A stretch of 64,000 nt of DNA. It comes from Alphaproteobacteria bacterium. GTDB taxonomy: Bacteria; Pseudomonadota; Alphaproteobacteria; MPNO01. Below the pieces are notes generated by a model. The model was given only the letters and a program-made list of their open reading frames with translations, was not told the DNA's origin and ran no database searches. The translations under genes were made by a program, and so were the position numbers. Shown piece by piece: positions 58,889-64,000 of this stretch (the stretch's first letter is position 1; each line of letters opens with the position of its first letter). The DNA lies in contig OZ219866.1 in assembly GCA_964291675.2 (NCBI GenBank), positions 1,440,001 through 1,504,000 of the forward strand, in the 5' to 3' direction.

Positions 58889-60337
58889 CTAGCTCCTCCA
58901 GAAGGACGGCGTGAACAGGACCAGGATGGTAAATAGCTCCAGGCGGCCGAGCAACATGCCGGCGGCCAGCACCCATTTCGCGGCGTCGGGCAGGGGCGCG
59001 AAATTGCCCGACGGCCCGATGGTTTCGCCGAGCGCCGGGCCGACATTGCAGATCGCCGTCGCCGCGCCCGAGACCGCGGTGACGAAGTCGAGGCCGAGCG
59101 CGCCCAAGGCGAGCGCGAGCGCGCCGAAGGAGGCGACGAACAGGAAGAAGAAGCTCATCACCGAGCTCGCCACGTCCTGATCGATGGGCCGCCGGTTGAA
59201 GTGCGGCACGAACACGCCGTGCGGCCGGATCAGCCGGCGGAGCTGCGCCTGCGCGGTGACGTAGAGCACCTGGAAGCGGAAAATCTTGATTCCGCATGTG
59301 GTGGACCCGGCGCAGCCGCCGATGAACATGATGAAGAAGAAGGTCGCCGCGGCAAACGCGCCCCAGCCGTCGTAGCCGGTCGTGCTGTAGCCGGTGCCGG
59401 TGATGATCGAGACGACGTTGAAGCTCGCCGTGCGGATGGCGTCGACGACGGTAACGCCGCCCGAATAGGCGCGCCAGGCCGCCATGACCGCGACGATGAC
59501 GAGCACGATGCCGAGAAACGCGCGCACCTGGATGTCGTTGAACAGCGCCCAGGGCTGACCCCCGATCGCCCGCAGATAGAGCACGAAGGGGAGCGAGCCG
59601 ACGATCATGAACAGGATGATGATCGCCTCCGCGGCGGCGTTGCCGAGACCGCCGACCGAGGAGTCGGAGGTCGAGAACCCGCCGGTCGCGATCGTCGTCA
59701 TGGCGTGCACCACGGCGTCGAAGCCGCCGACGCCGACGGCGATGAGCAGCAGCACGCAGACGACGGTGAGACCCAGATAGGTGAGCCCGATCCCGCTCGC
59801 GATCTGGGTCATCCGCGGCATCACCTTGTCCGAACGGTCCGAGGACTCGGTGTGGAAGAGCTGCATGCCGCCGATCTGCAGCATCGGCATGATGGCGACC
59901 GCCATGACGATGATGCCGATCCCGCCGAGCCACTGGAGCAAAGCGCGCCACAGCAGGATCCCCGACGGCGCCTCGTCGAGCCCGGTGATCACCGTCGATC
60001 CGGTGGTGGTGATCCCGGACATCGCCTCGAAGAAGGCGTCGGTATAGCTGAGCCGCATCTCGGAGAAGGCGAAGGGGAGGGCGGCGAACATCGTCAGCGC
60101 CACCCAGCTTCCCGCGGTCAGCAGGAATGCCTGGCGGATGTTGAGGGCGAAGCGGGGGGCGCGGGCGGTCAGCACCATGGCGACGCCGACGAACAGCGTG
60201 AGCCCGCCGGCGCCCGCGAACACCTGCCAGTCGCTGTGACCGTCGACCAGGTCGGCCGCCATCGGCACCAGCATCGCCACGGCCAAGGTGGTCAGAAGTA
60301 TCCCGATGACGAAGAAGATGGGACGGAAATCGACCAC
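58889..60337 (-). CDS. trkH: Trk potassium uptake membrane protein
   Basis: SGITTTG, ATGGFS, TGTGY, GGCAGST, NVGP, GRLE pore motifs. Confidence 0.94.
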   Translation of the reverse strand: MVDFRPIFFVIGILLTTLAVAMLVPMAADLVDGHSDWQVFAGAGGLTLFVGVAMVLTARAPRFALNIRQAFLLTAGSWVALTMFAALPFAFSEMRLSYTDAFFEAMSGITTTGSTVITGLDEAPSGILLWRALLQWLGGIGIIVMAVAIMPMLQIGGMQLFHTESSDRSDKVMPRMTQIASGIGLTYLGLTVVCVLLLIAVGVGGFDAVVHAMTTIATGGFSTSDSSVGGLGNAAAEAIIILFMIVGSLPFVLYLRAIGGQPWALFNDIQVRAFLGIVLVIVAVMAAWRAYSGGVTVVDAIRTASFNVVSIITGTGYSTTGYDGWGAFAAATFFFIMFIGGCAGSTTCGIKIFRFQVLYVTAQAQLRRLIRPHGVFVPHFNRRPIDQDVASSVMSFFFLFVASFGALALALGALGLDFVTAVSGAATAICNVGPALGETIGPSGNFAPLPDAAKWVLAAGMLLGRLELFTILVLFTPSFWRS

Positions 60338-60395
60338 GTCATCGTCCTTGCCTGCGACCCGGCGCGGGGCCGCCCCGCCCCCGGCGAAGCGAGCC

Positions 60396-61034
60396 CTAGG
60401 CCGACCAGACCTGTCCCATCTGGGGATTGCCGATGGCCGACAGGAACTCGCGCCGGGTCGATGCGTCGTCGCGGAACGCGCCGGTCATCTGGCTGGTGAT
60501 CAGCGTCGAGCCGGGCTTGTCCACGCCGCGCGTCGTCATGCATTGATGGGTCGCCTCGATCACCACCGCCGCGCCTTGCGGCTCCAGCACGTCGTTGATG
60601 GAGTTGGCGATCTGGGCGGTCATCTTCTCCTGGATCTGCAGCCGCTTGGCATAGACCTCGACCAGCCGGGCGAGCTTCGAGATGCCGACCACCCGCCGGG
60701 TCGGCAGGTAGCCGATATGGGCGCGGCCGACGATCGGCGCCATGTGATGCTCGCAGTGCGAGGTGAAGCGGATGTTGCGCAGCACCACCATCTCGTCATA
60801 CCCGTCGGTCTCCTCGAAGGTGGTGGCGAGCATCTGCGACGGGTCCTCGCGGTAGCCGGAGAACCACTCGTCGAAGGCGCGCACCACGCGGGCCGGCGTC
60901 TCGCTCAACCCCTCGCGGTCCGGGTCGTCGCCGGCCCAGCGGATCAGCGTGCGGACGGCCTCCGCGGCCTCCTCGAAGGCGGGACGGTCGAGGAGCGGCT
61001 CGACCGCGGTAAGCGGGCTTCGGTGTGTCGACAC
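60396..61034 (-). CDS. folE: GTP cyclohydrolase I
   Basis: [32 protein letters not shown]. Confidence 0.96.
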   Translation of the reverse strand: MSTHRSPLTAVEPLLDRPAFEEAAEAVRTLIRWAGDDPDREGLSETPARVVRAFDEWFSGYREDPSQMLATTFEETDGYDEMVVLRNIRFTSHCEHHMAPIVGRAHIGYLPTRRVVGISKLARLVEVYAKRLQIQEKMTAQIANSINDVLEPQGAAVVIEATHQCMTTRGVDKPGSTLITSQMTGAFRDDASTRREFLSAIGNPQMGQVWSA

Positions 61035-61079
61035 TGCTATGCGTTTCCCGTTGCTGGCGAGGGCGCGGCGCCCCGCGGG

Positions 61080-61472
61080 CTAATTGAGTCGCTTCGGCTC
61101 GTCGGGGCAGTCGAGGGAGAAGGCGGGGATCTCGATATCGAAGCGCTCGCCGTTCTCGCCCTGCATGCCGTAGCTGCCGAGCATGATCCCCGACGGCGTC
61201 GGCAGCGGCGTGCCGGAGGTGTATTCGTAGGTCTCCCCGGGCGCCAGCACCGGCTGCTCGCCGACCACGCCGGCGCCGCGCACCTCCTGGACCCTGCCGA
61301 GCCCGTCGGTGATGCGCCAGTGGCGGGTCAGCAACTGCACCGTCGCCTCGCCCTCGTTGCTGATCTTGACGTGATAGGCCCAGACGTAATGCGCATCGGC
61401 CGGCGAGGATTGCTGGTCGAGATAGATCGGCTCGACGGAAACGCGGATCGCCCGGGTGGTGGCTGTGTACAT
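61080..61472 (-). CDS. apaG: ApaG protein
   Basis: VQLLTRHWRITD, GAGVVGEQP, YTSG, IPAFSLD. Confidence 0.96.
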   Translation of the reverse strand: MYTATTRAIRVSVEPIYLDQQSSPADAHYVWAYHVKISNEGEATVQLLTRHWRITDGLGRVQEVRGAGVVGEQPVLAPGETYEYTSGTPLPTPSGIMLGSYGMQGENGERFDIEIPAFSLDCPDEPKRLN

Positions 61473-61565
61473 GAAAACTCCCTGGCTCCCCTCGAACCGC
61501 CTGCCGGCGGCCCCCGGAATGTAGGTCGCACGGGCCGGGCCTTCAATCTTGCGCCGTCCGGACCA

Positions 61566-62762
61566 TTATGCTCGATCGAGCGCGCCGGCGATATCTTCGA
61601 GCAGGTCCGCTTGGTCCTCCAGCCCGATCGAGAGCCGCACCAGACCGTCGGTAATGCCGAGGCTTTCGCGCTCCGCCGGCGACAGGCGCTGGTGGGTGGT
61701 CGTCGCCGGATGCGTGACCAGGCTCTTGGCGTCGCCCAGGTTGTTGGAGATGTCGAGCAGCCCGAGACCGTTCATGAAGCGGAAGGCGCGGTCCTTGCCG
61801 CCGTCGATATCGATGGTGACGACGCTGCCGAAACCGGACATCTGCGCCTTGGCCAAGGCGTGCTGGGGGTGGCTCTCCAGGCCGGGATAGAGCACCCGCA
61901 GCAGATCGCCGCGGGCGGCCAGCGCGGTCGCGATGTCGAGCGCGGACCGGCAGTGCCGGTCCAGGCGAAGCTGCAGGGTCTCCAGCCCCTTGAGCAGCAC
62001 CCAGGCGTTGAACGGGCTCATCGAGGGGCCGGTGTGGCGCATGAAGGTCTTCAGCGTGCCCATGCAGTACTCCTCGCTGCCGAGCACCGCGCCGCCGAGG
62101 CACCGGCCCTGCCCGTCGATATGCTTGGTCGCCGAATAGGCCACGATGTCGGCGCCGAGCTCGAGCGGGCGCTGGAGCAGCGGCGTCGCGAACACGTTGT
62201 CGACGATCACCATCGCCCCGGCATCGTGGGCGAGCTCCGAGATCGCCCTTATGTCGAAGATGTCGAGCCCGGGATTGGACGGCGATTCGAGGAACACCGC
62301 CCGGGTCGGCCTGTCCAGCGCCGCGGCCCACGCGTCGGTGTCGGGGCTCTCGACGATGGTCGTCTCCACCCCCAGCCGGGGCAGGATGTCGGTCAGGATG
62401 TAGAGGCACGAGCCGAACAGCGCGCGCGCGCCGACGACGCGGTCGCCGGCCTCCACCATGCAGGCCAGCGAGGCGAACACCGCCGCCATGCCGGACGCCG
62501 TGGCCCGGCACGCCTCGGCGCCCTCGATCAGGCGCAGCCGGTCCTCGAACATGCCGACCGTCGGGTTGTCGTAGCGCGAGTAGATGTAGCGGTCGACCCG
62601 GTTGGCGAACGCGTCCTCGGCCTCCTCGGCGGCGTCGTAGACGAAGCCCGATGTCGCGTATATCGCCTCCGACGTCTCGCAGAACGCCGAGCGCCGCAAC
62701 CCGCCGCGGACCAGCCTGGTCTGCGGTCGCCAGCTCTCTTCCCGTCGGACGTGAGCGTCCAT
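61566..62762 (-). CDS. metZ: O-succinylhomoserine sulfhydrylase
   Basis: ETSEA, YSRYDNP, ESPSNP, YSATKHIDGQGR, NNLGD; SAM riboswitch upstream. Confidence 0.93.
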   Translation of the reverse strand: MDAHVRREESWRPQTRLVRGGLRRSAFCETSEAIYATSGFVYDAAEEAEDAFANRVDRYIYSRYDNPTVGMFEDRLRLIEGAEACRATASGMAAVFASLACMVEAGDRVVGARALFGSCLYILTDILPRLGVETTIVESPDTDAWAAALDRPTRAVFLESPSNPGLDIFDIRAISELAHDAGAMVIVDNVFATPLLQRPLELGADIVAYSATKHIDGQGRCLGGAVLGSEEYCMGTLKTFMRHTGPSMSPFNAWVLLKGLETLQLRLDRHCRSALDIATALAARGDLLRVLYPGLESHPQHALAKAQMSGFGSVVTIDIDGGKDRAFRFMNGLGLLDISNNLGDAKSLVTHPATTTHQRLSPAERESLGITDGLVRLSIGLEDQADLLEDIAGALDRA

Positions 62763-62781
62763 CTTCCTGCTCCCCGGCGCG

Positions 62782-62814
62782 CAAAACAAAACCCCCGACC
62801 GGAAAGTCGGGGGG
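62782..62814 (-). terminator. Intrinsic terminator in metZ leader (riboswitch expression platform)
   Basis: Minus strand CCCCCGAC-tttccg-GTCGGGGG followed by TTTTGTTTTG. Confidence 0.8.
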
Positions 62815-62828
62815 TGTCGCGCCTCCGA

Positions 62829-62886
62829 CCTTTTAGCTGGTTGTTTTACGTGGCCGCAAGCCGGTCGGGCCAAATCGCCACGGGCC
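62829..62886 (-). promoter_or_regulatory. SAM-II (SAM-alpha) riboswitch
   Basis: Minus strand CGTGGCGATTTGGCCCGACCGGCTTGCGGCCACGTAAAACAACCAGCTAAAAG: P1 CGTGG/CCACG, pseudoknot TTTGGC/GCTAAA; upstream of metZ. Confidence 0.9.
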
Positions 62887-62960
62887 GAGTGTCATCGATC
62901 GGGGTTGCCCCGTCAAGCGCGTGAAACGGGGTAGTTGGCTCTCTTTGAAACGGCGGCGGG

Positions 62961-63071
62961 GCCGTCCTTCGATACGCCCCCTCCGGGGGCTGCTCAGGAT
63001 GAGGAGAGGCTGGTATGCCACATACAAGATTCCTCATCCCGAGCAGGCGCGGAGCGCCGTATCGGGGGACG
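62961..63071. repeat. Paired REP-like palindromic element
   Basis: GTCCTTCGATACG...CTGCTCAGGATGAGG / CCTCATCCCGAGCAGG...CGTATCGGGGGAC. Confidence 0.78.
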
Positions 63072-63103
63072 CCGCGCCGCATCGGTTCCGTCAAAGGCGG
63101 ACC

Positions 63104-63496
63104 CTAGCGCTGGATCGCCGCCACCATCTCGACTTCGACCAGCAGGTCCGGGCGGGCGAGGCCGGCGACGATCAGCAGGGTCGAGGCCGGCCGCTCCTCG
63201 CCGAGATATTTCGCCCTGACCTCGTTATAGGCCGGCAGGTCCGCCGCGTCGGTCAGGAAATGGGTGATCTTGACCACGTCCTTCATGCGCATCCCGTTGA
63301 ATTCGAGGATCGCCATCAGGTTCCGCCAGGCGAGGTCCGCCTGGGCGGCGAAGTCGGCCGGGACGTTGCCGTCGACGTCGATCCCCACCTGGCCGGCGAT
63401 GAACATCACCTTGGCCGAGTCCGGGACCTCGATGGCATGCGCGTAGGCGCCGATCGGCGGGTGGATGGTTTCCGGGTACATCGCGCGGTTCTGCAT
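63104..63496 (-). CDS. RidA/YjgF family protein
   Basis: YAHA, IAGQVG, RPAST, LVEVE. Confidence 0.9.
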   Translation of the reverse strand: MQNRAMYPETIHPPIGAYAHAIEVPDSAKVMFIAGQVGIDVDGNVPADFAAQADLAWRNLMAILEFNGMRMKDVVKITHFLTDAADLPAYNEVRAKYLGEERPASTLLIVAGLARPDLLVEVEMVAAIQR

Positions 63497-63644
63497 GGCG
63501 GCCTCCCTCGGGCGTTCGGGTTTCGCAGCTCGCCCCGACTATAGCCCGCGAGCCGTTGCGCGCCGAGATTGACTTGGGACGCGGTGATGGCGAATAATCG
63601 GCGCTTCACCGGACGGAAATACGCGCCAACGACGGAGCCCCGAA

Positions 63645-64000
63645 ATGTTCCTGCAAAACTGCTGGTATGTGGCCGCCGAGCCGCACGAGATCACGCGCCA
63701 GCCCTTTGGCCGCACGATCTGCGACGAGAAGATCGCCTTCTGGCGCACCGAAGACGGCGACCCGGTGGCGTTCGAGGACCGCTGCTGCCATCGCCGCATG
63801 CCGCTCAGGAAGGGCAGCGTCGAGGGCAATGTCCTGTCCTGCCACTATCACGGGCTCCAGTTCGACGTCACCGGAAAGTGCATCCACGTGCCGGGACAGA
63901 CCACGATCCCGCCGGGTGCGCAGGTGCGGGCCTACCCGGCGGTCGAGAAATACAACTGGATCTGGATCTGGATGGGCGATCCGGCGCTCGCCGACGAGAG
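63645..64000 (+). CDS. Rieske oxygenase alpha subunit (VanA-like), 5' part, runs off window edge
   Basis: Manual translation from ATG 63645: MFLQNCWYVAA...EDRCCHR...SCHYHGLQFD...WIWMGD. Confidence 0.88.
   Translation, partial: MFLQNCWYVAAEPHEITRQPFGRTICDEKIAFWRTEDGDPVAFEDRCCHRRMPLRKGSVEGNVLSCHYHGLQFDVTGKCIHVPGQTTIPPGAQVRAYPAVEKYNWIWIWMGDPALADE

Noticed and set aside
25218-63071. CRISPR array or integron attC sites from the repeated palindromes
   Set aside because: Copies are dispersed inverted doublets, not regularly spaced direct repeats; no cas or integron integrase genes

Overview
Very GC-rich chromosomal window from an alphaproteobacterium (Rhodospirillales-like gene content and order; taxonomy is inference). 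The housekeeping backbone is aatA/uvrB, folB-uvrC-pgsA-mobB-moeA-moaD-moaE, ilvE/MarR, dapF-mtaB-ftsY, argD-argF-hslO, argE, trkH, folE, apaG, and metZ with a SAM-II riboswitch. It is interleaved with a dense set of catabolic oxidoreductases: five xanthine-dehydrogenase-family Mo subunits with only one small/medium pair, four Rieske oxygenase alpha subunits with no reductase, a NicX-like enzyme, tandem alpha/beta hydrolases, and an atypical SdhA-like flavoprotein with a mini 2Fe-2S partner beside a ferritin-like protein. Several small AT-richer cargo islets are present. (i) A HipA-like kinase + DUF3037 gene pair lies between 26-bp direct repeats; the kinase is broken by both an amber stop and an IS256 element. 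(ii) A NYN-domain RNase gene with its own promoter and a highly structured leader RNA lies between 15-bp inverted repeats, convergent with a NERD nuclease. (iii) A vapBC module. An AT-rich intergenic region upstream of uvrC carries clustered DnaA boxes and a perfect IHF site. Paired REP-like palindromes occur three times, plus one degenerate copy. No CRISPR array, rRNA or tRNA was seen.
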